Below are positions 1-13,524 of a stretch of 64,000 bases of DNA, in pieces. Both the position numbers and the translations under genes were made by a program. A model generated the notes under the pieces. That model saw nothing but the letters and a program-made list of their open reading frames with translations. It did not search any database and was not told the DNA's origin. Source of the DNA: Oscillospiraceae bacterium (GTDB lineage: Bacteria; Bacillota; Clostridia; Oscillospirales; Oscillospiraceae); contig CADAAM010000001.1 in assembly GCA_902785905.1 (NCBI GenBank), forward strand, positions 27,320-91,319. The letters are read 5' to 3'. Position 1 is the stretch's first letter. Each line of letters starts with the position of its first letter.

Positions 1-339
1 CCCGTCCTCGCCGCGATTCGCGCGGCCGAGGTGCACGGCGTCAGTCATATCACCGGCGGCGGCTTCTATGAGAACATCCCCCGCTCGATCCCGGAGGGGC
101 TCTGCGCCGTCGTCGAAAAGGCCGCCGTGCGCACGCCGCCGATCTTTGATCTGATCCGTCGTCTCGGCAATATCCCCGAGCGCGACATGTTCAACACCTT
201 CAACATGGGCGTCGGCATGAGTCTGATTGTCTCCCGCGGGAGCGCCGACGCCGCCCTTGAGGCCCTGCGCGCCGAGGGTGCGGATGCCTATGTGATCGGT
301 GAAATCCGTGAAGGGAGGGACAAGCTATGTCTGGCGTAA
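1..339 (+). CDS. purM: Phosphoribosylformylglycinamidine cyclo-ligase (AIR synthetase), C-terminal part; 5' end lies outside the window
   Basis: Frame 1 is open from base 1. The translation ...AAEVHGVSHITGGGFYENIPR...YVIGEIREG carries the PurM C-terminal HITGGG motif. It sits at the head of a string of pur genes. Confidence 0.85.
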   Translation, partial: PVLAAIRAAEVHGVSHITGGGFYENIPRSIPEGLCAVVEKAAVRTPPIFDLIRRLGNIPERDMFNTFNMGVGMSLIVSRGSADAALEALRAEGADAYVIGEIREGRDKLCLA

Positions 340-944
340 AGGCGCCTCTGCTCGACGGCGTGCTGGCCGGGCTGATGGTCTCTATAGGAGGTACAGTGCT
401 GCTCTCCTGTGAAGACCGTGTTGCCGGAGCCGTGCTGTTCTGTGTGGCGCTTCTCGCGATCTGCTGTTTCGGCTTCAATCTCTACACGGGCAAGGTCGGC
501 TTCCTGCTCCGCGCTCACTCGAAAAAAGAGCTGTCCGCGGCTTATCTCGGCCTGCTCGGCAATTTTCTCGGCACGCTCGCCGCGGGGCTGATGCTCGCCG
601 CGGCGCTCCCCGCGCTGCGCGAGACGGCTTTGCTTGCCTGCGAGAAGCGGCTGACGCAGCTGCCCCTCCAGACCCTGGCGCGCGGCTTCTTCTGCGGCGT
701 GCTGATGTATGTCGCGGTCTGGATCTACCGTGAGAAGAAGAGCATTGCCGGTATTGTGTTCTGCGTCCCGGCGTTTATCTTCGCGGGCTTTGAGCACTCC
801 ATCGCCGATATGTATTATTTTGCTGCCGCGGGGCTGTTTTCATGGCGTAGCTTTGTATTTCTCCTGCTCGTCATTCTCGGCAACAGTCTCGGCGGTCTGT
901 TCATTCCGGCTGTCCAGGCCCTGAAAGGAGAGGACGGCGCATGA
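327..944 (+). CDS. Formate/nitrite transporter (FNT) family membrane protein, short form (205 aa)
   Basis: Hydrophobic multi-TM protein with the FNT-type motif FAGFEHSIADMYYF (central His). It overlaps the purM stop and runs into the purN start, so it is embedded in the operon. Confidence 0.65.
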   Translation: MSGVKAPLLDGVLAGLMVSIGGTVLLSCEDRVAGAVLFCVALLAICCFGFNLYTGKVGFLLRAHSKKELSAAYLGLLGNFLGTLAAGLMLAAALPALRETALLACEKRLTQLPLQTLARGFFCGVLMYVAVWIYREKKSIAGIVFCVPAFIFAGFEHSIADMYYFAAAGLFSWRSFVFLLLVILGNSLGGLFIPAVQALKGEDGA

Positions 945-1561
945 ACAAGGCAAAAATCGCCGTGCTGGTCTCCGGCGGCGGCACCAATCTCCAGGCGCTG
1001 ATCGACGCGCAGGCCGCAGGCACACTGCACAGCGGCGAGCTGCGGCTCGTCGTGTCGAACAAGGCCGATGCCTTCGCGCTTGAGCGCGCCAGGCGCGCCG
1101 GGATCGAGGCGCTGACGCTCACCCGGGCCGCCTGCGGCGGGCAGGCGGGCTTCGAGGCAGCGCTGACGGAGGCGCTCGACGCGCGCGGGATCGACCTCAT
1201 CATCCTCGCGGGCTTCATGAGCATACTCTCCGCGGACTTCACCTCCCGCTATGACGGGCGCATCATCAACATTCACCCCTCGCTGATCCCCTCCTTCTGC
1301 GGCAAAGGCTATTATGGTCTAAAAGTACATGAGGCCGCGCTGCAGTACGGTGTCAAGGTCACCGGCGCGACCGTCCACTATGTCAATGAAATCCCCGACG
1401 GAGGAAAAATCATTCTGCAGGAGCCCGTCCGGGTCCTGCCAGGCGACACGCCCGAGACACTGCAGCGGCGTGTCATGGAGCAGGCGGAATGGCGCATCCT
1501 CCCCGAGGCTGCCGAACTGGTATCCGCGCAATTACAAAAGAACAAGGAGACAGTAAAATGA
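941..1561 (+). CDS. purN: Phosphoribosylglycinamide formyltransferase
   Basis: N-terminal KIAVLVSGGGTNLQALID and the NIHPSLIPSFCG motif. Typical size (206 aa). ATGA overlap with the next gene. Confidence 0.9.
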   Translation: MNKAKIAVLVSGGGTNLQALIDAQAAGTLHSGELRLVVSNKADAFALERARRAGIEALTLTRAACGGQAGFEAALTEALDARGIDLIILAGFMSILSADFTSRYDGRIINIHPSLIPSFCGKGYYGLKVHEAALQYGVKVTGATVHYVNEIPDGGKIILQEPVRVLPGDTPETLQRRVMEQAEWRILPEAAELVSAQLQKNKETVK

Positions 1562-2190
1562 CCGATTTTCTGGACTTTCTGCGTAGCACTTCCTATCCCG
1601 GACGGGGCATCGCCGTCGGCAATAACCGGGTCTACTACTTCATCATGGGCCGCAGCGAGAACAGCCGCAACCGCATTTTCTCCCTGACGGAGGACGGCAT
1701 CCGCACCGAGGCCTATGACGCGGCGAAGCTGACAGACCCGAGTCTCATCATCTATCACCCGGTGCGTCAGATGGGCGGCAGTCTCGTCGTCACCAACGGC
1801 AACCAGACCGACACTATCTGTGAGACGGGCGACTTCCGCAAGGCGCTCGCGACGCGCGAGTATGAGCCCGACGAGCCGAACTGGACGCCGCGCATCTCTG
1901 CCATCCTCAACGCCGACGGCAGCTTCTCCCTCTCCATTCTCAAGCGTGTGGACGGACGCTGCCTGCGCTGCACCTATGATTACGAGGGCTGCGACGAGGG
2001 CCGGGGCTACTTCATCAGCACCTATCAGGGCGACGGTGCCCCGCTGCCGAGCTTCACCGGCGAGCCGATGGCCATCACCATGCCCGAGCCCGAGCAGGTC
2101 TGGCAGGCGCTCAACGCCGACAACAAGGTCTCGCTCTACACGAACGTAAACGGCGAGGTCAGACTTTTCAACAAACATCTGGGGGACTGA
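1558..2190 (+). CDS. purO: IMP cyclohydrolase, archaeal PurO-like type
   Basis: The ATG at 1558 overlaps the purN stop (ATGA). The motifs YPGRGIAVG, GRSENSRNR, VVTNGNQTDTI, WTPRISA and FISTY parallel remembered PurO sequences. It lies directly upstream of an AICARFT-only purH. Confidence 0.7.
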   Translation: MTDFLDFLRSTSYPGRGIAVGNNRVYYFIMGRSENSRNRIFSLTEDGIRTEAYDAAKLTDPSLIIYHPVRQMGGSLVVTNGNQTDTICETGDFRKALATREYEPDEPNWTPRISAILNADGSFSLSILKRVDGRCLRCTYDYEGCDEGRGYFISTYQGDGAPLPSFTGEPMAITMPEPEQVWQALNADNKVSLYTNVNGEVRLFNKHLGD

Positions 2191-2193
2191 ACC

Positions 2194-3372
2194 ATGAAGG
2201 AATTTGAACTCAAATACGGCTGCAATCCGAATCAGAAGCCCGCGCGCATCTATATGAAGGACGGCTCCGAGCTGCCCGTGACCGTGCTCAACGGCCGCCC
2301 CGGCTACATCAACTTTCTCGACGCGCTCAACTCCTGGCAGCTTGTCAAGGAGCTCAAGGAGGCCACCGGTCTGCCCTCCGCCGCCTCCTTCAAGCATGTC
2401 TCCCCTGCCGGCGCCGCCGTCGGTCTGCCGCTGAGCGAGACGGACAGGCACATCTATTTTGTGGCTGAGGGAGCGGAGCTCTCCCCCATCGCCTGCGCCT
2501 ATATCCGTGCCCGCGGAGCCGACCGCCTCTGCTCCTACGGCGACTGGGCCGCGCTGAGCGAGACCTGTGACGCCGCGACTGCCGCCTATCTCAAGGATGA
2601 GGTATCCGACGGCGTGATCGCCCCGGGCTACACCGAGGAAGCGCTCGCCATCCTCAAGACCAAGAAAAAGGGCAATTACAACGTCGTACAGATCGACCCC
2701 GACTACGTCCCCGCCGCCCAGGAGTGCAAGGACGTCTTCGGCGTCACCTTTGAGCAGGGACACAATAACTTCAGAATCGACGAGAGCCTGCTGCAGAATC
2801 TCGTCACCGAGAACAAGGAACTGCCCGAGCAGGCGAAGATCGACATGATCGTGGCGCTCATCACCCTCAAATACACCCAGTCCAATTCCGTCTGCTATGT
2901 CAAGGACGGACAGGCCATCGGCGTCGGCGCGGGCCAGCAGAGCCGCATCCACTGCACCCGTCTTGCCGGGCAGAAGGCCGACAACTGGTATCTGCGCCAG
3001 CATCCGAAGGTGCTGGGCCTGCAGTTTGTGGACGGCATTCGCAGACCCGACCGCGACAACGCCATCGACATCTATACCTCCGACGAGTATGAGGACGTGC
3101 TGCGCGAGGGCGAGTGGCAGCGCGTGTTCAAGGTCAGGCCCGATGTGCTGACCGCCGAGGAGAAAAAAGCCTGGATCGCCACGCAGAGCGGCGTCACCTG
3201 CGGCTCCGACGCGTTCTTCCCCTTCGGCGACAATGTGGAGCGCGCCCGCAAATCCGGCGTGCAGTATATTGCCGAACCGGGCGGCTCTATCCGGGACGAC
3301 CATGTGATCGACACCGCGAACAAGTACAATATGGTCATGGCCTTTACGGGCATGCGGCTTTTCCACCATTAA
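2194..3372 (+). CDS. purH: AICAR formyltransferase (PurH-like, formyltransferase domain only, 392 aa)
   Basis: FKHVSPAGAAVG and C-terminal ...EPGGSIRDDHVIDTANKYNMVMAFTGMRLFHH match the AICARFT domain. It lacks the N-terminal MGS-like cyclohydrolase domain. Confidence 0.85.
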   Translation: MKEFELKYGCNPNQKPARIYMKDGSELPVTVLNGRPGYINFLDALNSWQLVKELKEATGLPSAASFKHVSPAGAAVGLPLSETDRHIYFVAEGAELSPIACAYIRARGADRLCSYGDWAALSETCDAATAAYLKDEVSDGVIAPGYTEEALAILKTKKKGNYNVVQIDPDYVPAAQECKDVFGVTFEQGHNNFRIDESLLQNLVTENKELPEQAKIDMIVALITLKYTQSNSVCYVKDGQAIGVGAGQQSRIHCTRLAGQKADNWYLRQHPKVLGLQFVDGIRRPDRDNAIDIYTSDEYEDVLREGEWQRVFKVRPDVLTAEEKKAWIATQSGVTCGSDAFFPFGDNVERARKSGVQYIAEPGGSIRDDHVIDTANKYNMVMAFTGMRLFHH

Positions 3373-3387
3373 AAGCGGAGGTCAGAC

Positions 3388-4656
3388 ATGAAGATTCTGG
3401 TTGTAGGAGGCGGCGGGCGTGAGCATACCGTCATCCGAAAGCTCAGGGAAAATCCGTCGGTGACAGAGATCTTTGCCCTGCCCGGCAACGGCGGCATCGC
3501 GGCGGACGCCGTGTGCGTCCCGATCGGCGCAAAGGACATCCCGGCGATCCGGGACTTTGCGGTGGAAAATGCTGTCGACTACGCCGTGGTCACGCCGGAC
3601 GATCCGCTGGTCCTCGGCTGCGTGGACGCGCTGGAGGAGGCGGGCATCCCCTGCTTCGGCCCGCGCGCCGACGCCGCGATCATCGAGGGCAGTAAGGTAT
3701 TCTCCAAGGCGCTGATGTCCCGGTACGGCATCCCCACCGCCCGATTTGAGAGCTTTGACGCGCTCGGGGACGCGCTTGCGTATCTCGAAACCGCGCCTCT
3801 GCCGACGGTCATCAAGGCCGACGGACTTGCCCTCGGCAAGGGCGTGATCATCGCGCAGACGCGGGAAGAGGCCGTGGAGGCCGTCACGGAGATGATGCGG
3901 GACGGCAAGTTCGGCCGAAGCGGCGAGCGCGTGGTCATCGAGGAGTATCTCGAAGGCCCCGAGGTCTCGGTGCTGGCCTTCACCGACGGAAAGTCTCTCG
4001 TCCCCATGGTGTCCTCCATGGACCACAAGCGCGCTCTCGACGGGGATCAGGGGCTCAATACCGGCGGCATGGGCACGATCGCGCCGAATCCGTACTATAC
4101 GGCAGACATGGAAGCGCGCTGCATGGAGGAGATTTTCCTGCCGACCGTGCGCGCAATGAATGCCGAAGGCCGTCCCTTCAAGGGCTGTCTGTATTTCGGC
4201 CTCATGCTGACCAAAGACGGGCCGAAAGTCATTGAATACAACTGCCGCTTCGGCGACCCGGAGACCCAGGTCGTACTCCCGCTGCTGGAGAGCGACCTGC
4301 TGACCGTCATGCGCGCCGTCACTGAAGAGCGCCTGGCCGAGGTTGAGGTCAGATTCAGCGGCAGACATGCCTGCTGCGTGATCCTAGCCTCCGAAGGCTA
4401 TCCGGAACACTATGAAAAGGGCTTTGCCCTGGACATCCCCGAGGCCGTACGCGCGCAGGTCTATGTGGCCGGCGCCTCGCTGCGGGACGGGCAGCTCGTC
4501 ACAAGCGGCGGGCGCGTCGTCGGCTGTACGGCCGTGGCGGATACGCTTGCAGACGCTGTTCGGGACGCCTATGCCGTCGCCGATCAGGTTCATTTTGCCA
4601 ATCGCTTCTGCCGCCGGGATATCGGCGCACGGGCACTGGCTGTAAAAGAGGGCTGA
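3388..4656 (+). CDS. purD: Phosphoribosylamine--glycine ligase
   Basis: MKILVVGGGGREH start, ATP-grasp core, 422 aa, GGAGG RBS upstream. Confidence 0.95.
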   Translation: MKILVVGGGGREHTVIRKLRENPSVTEIFALPGNGGIAADAVCVPIGAKDIPAIRDFAVENAVDYAVVTPDDPLVLGCVDALEEAGIPCFGPRADAAIIEGSKVFSKALMSRYGIPTARFESFDALGDALAYLETAPLPTVIKADGLALGKGVIIAQTREEAVEAVTEMMRDGKFGRSGERVVIEEYLEGPEVSVLAFTDGKSLVPMVSSMDHKRALDGDQGLNTGGMGTIAPNPYYTADMEARCMEEIFLPTVRAMNAEGRPFKGCLYFGLMLTKDGPKVIEYNCRFGDPETQVVLPLLESDLLTVMRAVTEERLAEVEVRFSGRHACCVILASEGYPEHYEKGFALDIPEAVRAQVYVAGASLRDGQLVTSGGRVVGCTAVADTLADAVRDAYAVADQVHFANRFCRRDIGARALAVKEG

Positions 4657-4657
4657 C

Positions 4658-7600
4658 ATGGTCTATAGAATCTACGTGGAAAAAAAAGCTGGGCTCGACC
4701 AGGAGGCGCGCTCACTGCTCGGTGACGCGCGCACGCTGCTCGGCATCCGCTCTCTGGAAAAGGTGCGGCTGCTCAACCGCTACGACGCCGAGGGTCTGAG
4801 CGAAGAGCTCTTTCGCTACGCGGTGCGCGCGGTCTTTTCCGAGCCGCAGCTCGACAGAGTCTGGGAGGAGCCCGAGCTTGACGGCGCGGCGGTCTTTGCC
4901 GTGGAGTATCTGCCCGGGCAGTTTGACCAGCGCGCCGACTCCGCCGCCCAGTGCATCCAGATCCTGTCCCAAGGCGAGAGGCCCGCTGTGCGCTCGGCCA
5001 AGGTCTACGCTCTCTACGGCGCTTTCTCCGCCGAGGAGCTGTCGGCTATCAAAAACTATGTCATCAACCCCGTGGAGGCTCGCGAGGCTGCGCTTGAAAA
5101 GCCGGAGACCCTCGCCCTGTGCTATGAAATGCCCACCGGCGTGGAGACGCTGACGGGCTTCAACGCACTCAGCCGTGCGGAGCTTGAGGACTTTGTGCGG
5201 CGCTATGGTCTCGCCATGGACGCGGACGACATTGCCTTCTGCCAGGAATACTTCCGCGCGGAAGGCCGCGAGCCGACCATCACAGAAGTGAGGGTGCTGG
5301 ACACCTATTGGTCGGACCACTGCCGCCATACCACCTTCAACACCGTCATCGACAGCGTCCGCTTTGACGATCAACTGCTGCAGCGAAGCTATGAGGACTA
5401 TCTCGCCACGCGCGAGGCGCTCGGACGCACGAAGCCTATCTGCCTCATGGACGTGGCGACGCTTGCGGTCAAATATCTGCGCGCCGAAGGCAGGCTTGAC
5501 AAGCTCGACGAGAGCGAGGAGATCAACGCCTGCACCGTGAAGATCACGGTCGAGGCGGACGGCAGGCGCGAGCCCTGGCTGCTCCTGTTCAAAAACGAGA
5601 CGCACAATCACCCCACTGAGATCGAGCCTTTCGGCGGCGCGGCCACCTGCATCGGCGGAGCCATCCGCGACCCGCTCTCCGGGCGCGCCTATGTCTACGG
5701 CGCGATGCGTGTCACCGGCGCGGCCGATCCGACCGTTCCGGTAAGCGAGACCATCCCCGGCAAGCTCCCGCAGCGCAAGCTCGTCACTACCGCGGCGGCG
5801 GGCTATTCCTCCTACGGCAATCAGATTGGCCTTGCGACCGGGATTGTGGACGAGCTGTACCACCCCGGATACGCCGCCAAGCGCATGGAGATCGGCGCGG
5901 TCATCGCCGCCGCGCCCGCAGAGAACGTCCGTCGTGAGCGCCCGGAGCCGGGCGACGCGGTGATCCTGCTCGGCGGCAGCACCGGCCGCGACGGCATCGG
6001 CGGTGCGACCGGCTCCTCCAAGGCGCACGACGCCCATTCGGTCGAGACCTGCGGCGCGGAGGTCCAGAAAGGCAACGCCCCGGAGGAGCGCAAGCTCCAG
6101 CGCCTGTTCCGCAATGGGGAAGCCTGCCGCATGATCAAGCGCTGCAACGACTTCGGCGCCGGCGGCGTATCTGTCGCCATCGGCGAGCTCGCAGACGGAC
6201 TGGATATCGACCTCAACGCCGTCCCCCGAAAGTATGAGGGACTGGACGGCACGGAGCTTGCGATCAGCGAGTCGCAGGAGCGCATGGCCGTGGTCGTGGA
6301 GGCCAAAGACGTGCCGCGCTTTCTCGCCCTCGCGCAGAGCGAGAACCTGCAGGCCTGCCAGGTGGCTGTCGTCACGGCGGAGCCGCGGCTGCGCATGCGC
6401 TGGAACGGCGCGACCATCGTCGATCTCAGCCGTGCCTTTCTCGATACCAACGGGGCGAGCAAGCACATCAGCGTCTCGGTCGCCGCGCCGCAGGACTACT
6501 TAAGGCGCGTCTCCGGCGGCTTCACCGAAAACATGCGCGCCCTCGTGCGCGATCTCAACTGCTGCTCCCACCGCGGGCTCTCCGAGCGCTTTGACTCCAC
6601 CATCGGCGCGGGGACGGTTCTCATGCCCTTCGGCGGGAAGTATCAGCTCACGCCGATCCAGGCCATGGTGCAGAAAATCTCCATGGAGCAGAAGCATACC
6701 GACGACTGTTCGCTGATGGCCTGGGGCTACAACCCCTTTATCACCGAAAAAAGCCCCTATCACGGGGCCTATCTCGCGGTGGTCGAATCGCTGTGCAGGC
6801 TGGTGGCAACCGGCGCCGCTTTTGAGGACGTGTACCTGAGCTTTCAGGAATACTTTGAGCGTCTCGGGAAGGACGAGTGCCGCTGGGGCAAGCCCCTCGC
6901 CGCGCTGCTCGGCGCGTTTCGGGCGCAGAAGGAGCTCGGCGTCGCCGCCATCGGCGGCAAGGATTCGATGAGCGGCAGCTTTGAACAGCTCAACGTGCCT
7001 CCCACGCTTGTCTCCTTCGCCGTCACGGCCGACAAAAGCGCGCACATTCTCTCCCCCGAGTGCAAGCGGGCGGGACACCGGCTCTTCCGTCTTGCCCCGC
7101 ATTACGGCGCTGACGGGCTGCCCGAGGCCGCCTCTCTGCTCGCGCTCTTTCATACCGTCACGGCCCTGCAGCGCTCCGGCCGCGTCTATGCCTGCTATAC
7201 CCCGGGCCTGGGCGGCGTCGCCGAGGCCGTGTTCAAGATGTGCATCGGCAACGGCTTCGGCTTCCGCTTTGCGGAGGATTTGTCCCCTGAGGCGCTGTTC
7301 GGCTATGATTACGGCGCATTTCTGCTTGAGGCGGACGGGGATCTCCCCGGCGCTGTCTGCCTCGGCACGATCACGGACGACGGCTTCTTCCGTCACGGCG
7401 CCGAAGCGGCCGCGCTGGAAGAACTGCTCGCGCTCTATGAAAACCGTCTCGAATCGGTCTATCCCTGCAACATTCCCGACGCTGTGACGCCGGTGGAGGC
7501 CTTCTCATTCCGCGCCGAAACACGCGCCGCCCCTGCTGTGAAGCATGCAAGGCCCAGGGTGCTGATCCCGGCCTTCCCCGGGACGAACTGCGAATACGAC

Positions 7601-8347
7601 AGCGCGAGGGCCGTGCGCGACGCGGGCGGCGAGGCGGAGATCCTGGTCGTGAACAACCTGAGCGCGGACGGGATCGCCCGCAGCGTCGAGCGCTTTGCCG
7701 ACGCCCTGCGCATGGCGCAGATGGTGTTTATCCCCGGCGGCTTCTCCGGCGGCGACGAGCCCGACGGCTCCGGCAAGTTCATCACCGCCTTCTTCCGCGC
7801 GGCCGCGGTCAGGGAGGGCGTCACCGAGCTGCTGGAGCGGCGCGACGGACTGATGTGCGGCATCTGCAACGGCTTCCAGGCGCTGATCAAGCTTGGCCTC
7901 GTGCCCTACGGGAAAATCCTCGAGCCGGATGAAAACAGCCCTACCCTGACCTTCAACCGCATCGGACGACACCAGTCACGCATCGTGCGCACGCGCGTGG
8001 CCTCCAACAAGTCCCCGTGGCTCGCGCTCACCGAGGTCGGGGACATCGTGAGTGTGCCGATCTCCCACGGCGAGGGGCGCTTCCTCGCAAGCGAGGAACT
8101 GGTGCGCAGCCTCGCGGAAAACGGTCAGATTGCCACGCAGTATGTCGATCTGGAGGGAAGGGTCAGCGCGGATGTGCATTTCAACCCCAACGGCTCGATC
8201 TTCGGCGTCGAGGGCATCACCTCGCCCGACGGCCGCGTCTTCGGCAAGATGGGCCACTCCGAGCGCATCGGCAGCGGCCTTTACCGCAATGTCCCCGGCA
8301 GCTACGATCTGAGAATGTTCGAAGCGGCAGTAAAATACTTTAAGTGA
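4658..8347 (+). CDS. purL: Phosphoribosylformylglycinamidine synthase, single-chain large form
   Basis: 1229 aa with AIR-synthase-like repeats and a C-terminal glutamine amidotransferase domain (GICNGFQAL ... HGEGRF). Confidence 0.95.
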   Translation: MVYRIYVEKKAGLDQEARSLLGDARTLLGIRSLEKVRLLNRYDAEGLSEELFRYAVRAVFSEPQLDRVWEEPELDGAAVFAVEYLPGQFDQRADSAAQCIQILSQGERPAVRSAKVYALYGAFSAEELSAIKNYVINPVEAREAALEKPETLALCYEMPTGVETLTGFNALSRAELEDFVRRYGLAMDADDIAFCQEYFRAEGREPTITEVRVLDTYWSDHCRHTTFNTVIDSVRFDDQLLQRSYEDYLATREALGRTKPICLMDVATLAVKYLRAEGRLDKLDESEEINACTVKITVEADGRREPWLLLFKNETHNHPTEIEPFGGAATCIGGAIRDPLSGRAYVYGAMRVTGAADPTVPVSETIPGKLPQRKLVTTAAAGYSSYGNQIGLATGIVDELYHPGYAAKRMEIGAVIAAAPAENVRRERPEPGDAVILLGGSTGRDGIGGATGSSKAHDAHSVETCGAEVQKGNAPEERKLQRLFRNGEACRMIKRCNDFGAGGVSVAIGELADGLDIDLNAVPRKYEGLDGTELAISESQERMAVVVEAKDVPRFLALAQSENLQACQVAVVTAEPRLRMRWNGATIVDLSRAFLDTNGASKHISVSVAAPQDYLRRVSGGFTENMRALVRDLNCCSHRGLSERFDSTIGAGTVLMPFGGKYQLTPIQAMVQKISMEQKHTDDCSLMAWGYNPFITEKSPYHGAYLAVVESLCRLVATGAAFEDVYLSFQEYFERLGKDECRWGKPLAALLGAFRAQKELGVAAIGGKDSMSGSFEQLNVPPTLVSFAVTADKSAHILSPECKRAGHRLFRLAPHYGADGLPEAASLLALFHTVTALQRSGRVYACYTPGLGGVAEAVFKMCIGNGFGFRFAEDLSPEALFGYDYGAFLLEADGDLPGAVCLGTITDDGFFRHGAEAAALEELLALYENRLESVYPCNIPDAVTPVEAFSFRAETRAAPAVKHARPRVLIPAFPGTNCEYDSARAVRDAGGEAEILVVNNLSADGIARSVERFADALRMAQMVFIPGGFSGGDEPDGSGKFITAFFRAAAVREGVTELLERRDGLMCGICNGFQALIKLGLVPYGKILEPDENSPTLTFNRIGRHQSRIVRTRVASNKSPWLALTEVGDIVSVPISHGEGRFLASEELVRSLAENGQIATQYVDLEGRVSADVHFNPNGSIFGVEGITSPDGRVFGKMGHSERIGSGLYRNVPGSYDLRMFEAAVKYFK

Positions 8348-8357
8348 GGGAAATCAT

Positions 8358-10034
8358 ATGGCTTACAAATCGGATATTGAAATCGCCCAGGAGTGCAGTC
8401 TGAGCCCCATTCAGGAGATCGCCGCGCGCGCGCATATTGACGAGCGGTATCTGGAGCAGTACGGGCGCTGGAAAGCGAAGGTTGACCCCGCTCTCCTGCG
8501 CGAGACCGACAGGGAAAACGGCAAGCTGGTCCTCGTGACGGCCATCACCCCCACCCCGGCGGGCGAGGGCAAGACCACCACGACCATCGGGCTCGCCGAC
8601 GGGCTCAGGCGCATCGGCAAGGACGTGACCGTCGCCCTGCGCGAGCCGTCCCTCGGACCCGTCTTCGGCATAAAAGGAGGCGCTGCCGGCGGCGGCTATG
8701 CCCAGGTCGTGCCGATGGAGGACATCAACCTCCACTTTACCGGCGACTTTCACGCCATCGGCGCGGCCAACAACCTGCTGGCCGCCATGCTGGACAACCA
8801 CATTCAGCAGGGCAACAGCCTGCACATCGACCCGCGGCGCATCACCTGGAAGCGCTGCGTGGACATGAACGACAGGCAGCTGCGCTTTGTGGTGGACGGT
8901 CTCGGCGGCAAGGCCAACGGCACCCCGCGTGAGGACGGCTTTGACATCACGGTGGCAAGCGAGATCATGGCGGTGTTCTGCCTCGCCTCCTCCATCACCG
9001 ATCTCAAGGAGCATCTCGGCCGCATCATCGTGGGCTACAGCTATGAGGGCAAGCCCGTCACCGCCGCCGATCTCAAGGCTGTCGGGGCGATGGCCGCTCT
9101 CCTGAAGGACGCGCTCAAACCCAATCTCGTCCAGACGCTCGAGGGCACGCCCGCCTTTGTCCACGGCGGCCCCTTCGCCAACATCGCCCACGGCTGCAAC
9201 TCCGTGATGGCGACGCGCATGGCGCTCAAGCTCGGCGACTACACGGTCACGGAGGCCGGCTTCGGCGCGGACCTCGGCGCGGAGAAATTCCTCGACATCA
9301 AGTGCCGCATGGCGGGGCTCACGCCGGACGCGGTGGTTATCGTCGCCACCGTGCGCGCGCTCAAAATGCACGGCGGTCTGCCCAAGAACGCCCTCGGCAC
9401 GGAGGATCTCGCCGCGCTCGAGAAGGGCGTACCGAACCTGCTGCGCCATGTGTCCAACATCCGCAATGTCTACGGCCTGCCCTGCGTGGTGGCTGTCAAC
9501 CGCTTCCCCACCGACACGGACGCGGAGATCGACTTCATCATCAAAAAATGCCGCGAGCTCGGCGTCAACACCGTGCTCTCCACGGTCTGGGCCGAGGGCG
9601 GCAAGGGCGGCGAGGCGCTTGCACGCGAGGTCGTGCGCCTGTGCGAGGAGGAGAAGGGCGATTTCCGCTTCTCGTATGAGCTCGACGGCAGCATCACGGA
9701 GAAGATCGGGGCCGTGGTCACGCGCGTCTACGGCGGCAAGGGCATCAGCGTCCTGCCCGCCGCGCAGAAGCAGATCGACGAGCTGACGGCCCTGGGCTAT
9801 GACAAGCTCCCCGTCTGCATCGCCAAGACGCAGTACAGCTTCACCGACGATCCGACGAAGCTCGGCGCCCCCGAGGACTTCACCGTCACGGTGAAGAACG
9901 TCAAGGTCTCCGCCGGTGCGGGCTTCATCGTGGTCCTGACCGGCGACATCATGACCATGCCCGGTCTGCCCAGGATCCCCGCCGCCGAGAAGATCGACGT
10001 GGACGAAAACGGCGTCATCAGCGGACTGTTTTAA
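8358..10034 (+). CDS. fhs: Formate--tetrahydrofolate ligase
   Basis: 558 aa with the diagnostic [16 protein letters not shown]-loop and a conserved C terminus. Confidence 0.95.
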   Translation: MAYKSDIEIAQECSLSPIQEIAARAHIDERYLEQYGRWKAKVDPALLRETDRENGKLVLVTAITPTPAGEGKTTTTIGLADGLRRIGKDVTVALREPSLGPVFGIKGGAAGGGYAQVVPMEDINLHFTGDFHAIGAANNLLAAMLDNHIQQGNSLHIDPRRITWKRCVDMNDRQLRFVVDGLGGKANGTPREDGFDITVASEIMAVFCLASSITDLKEHLGRIIVGYSYEGKPVTAADLKAVGAMAALLKDALKPNLVQTLEGTPAFVHGGPFANIAHGCNSVMATRMALKLGDYTVTEAGFGADLGAEKFLDIKCRMAGLTPDAVVIVATVRALKMHGGLPKNALGTEDLAALEKGVPNLLRHVSNIRNVYGLPCVVAVNRFPTDTDAEIDFIIKKCRELGVNTVLSTVWAEGGKGGEALAREVVRLCEEEKGDFRFSYELDGSITEKIGAVVTRVYGGKGISVLPAAQKQIDELTALGYDKLPVCIAKTQYSFTDDPTKLGAPEDFTVTVKNVKVSAGAGFIVVLTGDIMTMPGLPRIPAAEKIDVDENGVISGLF

Positions 10035-10074
10035 GACGTACTTTATTACAGTGCAATAGAAAGGATGACTTTGC

Positions 10075-10320
10075 ATGAATGATTCTATCTGGAAAAACAT
10101 TTTAATTCATGCCGGTGAAACATTTTATACAAAGACTGGAATTCCTTTCGCCTATCACATTCGCAACGATTATATTGTCTTGAATAATACGAATCGAACG
10201 ATTCCCCGTTGGCAAGTTGAAGAAGCATCACGAATACAAAGCAATAAAACGACTGATTACAACAGTTTTCAAGGTTACGCTTATCTGTTTGGCCTTCTTC
10301 ATGATTCTCGAATTGTATAA
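10075..10320 (+). CDS. Hypothetical small protein (81 aa) in an AT-richer islet
   Basis: Open frame with an ATG start, followed by a strong terminator. The composition is clearly more AT-rich than the flanks. No family was recognised. Confidence 0.4.
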   Translation: MNDSIWKNILIHAGETFYTKTGIPFAYHIRNDYIVLNNTNRTIPRWQVEEASRIQSNKTTDYNSFQGYAYLFGLLHDSRIV

Positions 10321-10329
10321 TGCAAAGAG

Positions 10330-10370
10330 CACGAGCGCATCAGCATCTCAACTGGTGCGCTCGTGTTTTA
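10330..10370 (+). terminator. Rho-independent terminator
   Basis: 10-bp stem cacgagcgca / tgcgctcgtg followed by a TTTT run. Confidence 0.6.
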
Positions 10371-10373
10371 TTA

Positions 10374-10849
10374 CTATAAATCTCTCAGCAGCCTCTCGGC
10401 CAGGCCGCCGGGTTTGACAGCGGCTTTCGCCTCGGTAATCGTGTACCAGCGCCAGCTGTCGACCTCGGAATTAGGGTGCGCCTCCGTCTCGGCGACGGTG
10501 ACCTCGAAGTTGAGCATCAGGGTCTCGCTGGGCTCATAGTAGTGGCTGCCGAGGTAGCGGACGCTCCGCGCCTCGAGGCCCAGCTCCTCCATCAGCTCGC
10601 GCCGGACGGCATGCTCGGCGGTCTCGCCCTTGTCCACGTAGCCCGCGGGCAGAATGTTGTGCGGCTCTCCGTACTGGCGGATCAGGAGGATATGCGTTCG
10701 CTCCGGGTTCAGTACCACGGCGCTGACTGCCGTGCTGTATACCGGGAAGCGGTAATCGCCGCAGGCCTCGCAGTACGGAACCGGGCCGTCCGTGGGGTGC
10801 TCCCGCACAGTCAGCTCCGCCCCGCAGCGCATGCAGAAATGCATCTCCA

Positions 10850-10850
<1 letters not shown>
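10374..10850 (-). CDS. NUDIX hydrolase with N-terminal zinc ribbon (NADH-pyrophosphatase-like layout)
   Basis: CMRCG...CEACG zinc ribbon followed by a Nudix box, GYVDKGETAEHAVRRELMEELGLE. Confidence 0.8.
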
Positions 10851-13503
<2,653 letters not shown>

Positions 13504-13524
13504 CCCCCATACGCCAGTATATGC

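Noticed and set aside
1378-3369. 663-aa minus-strand ORF, plus similar long antisense ORFs (4712-6466, 8340-10100, 11093-12859, 12982-14772, 26644-27897, 38109-39464, 40066-41061, 55368-57194)
   Set aside because: Each lies opposite a strongly conserved gene (pur genes, fhs, ligA, ynbB-like, aminotransferase, trp genes, MotA-EAL). None shows motifs, RBS context or normal composition.
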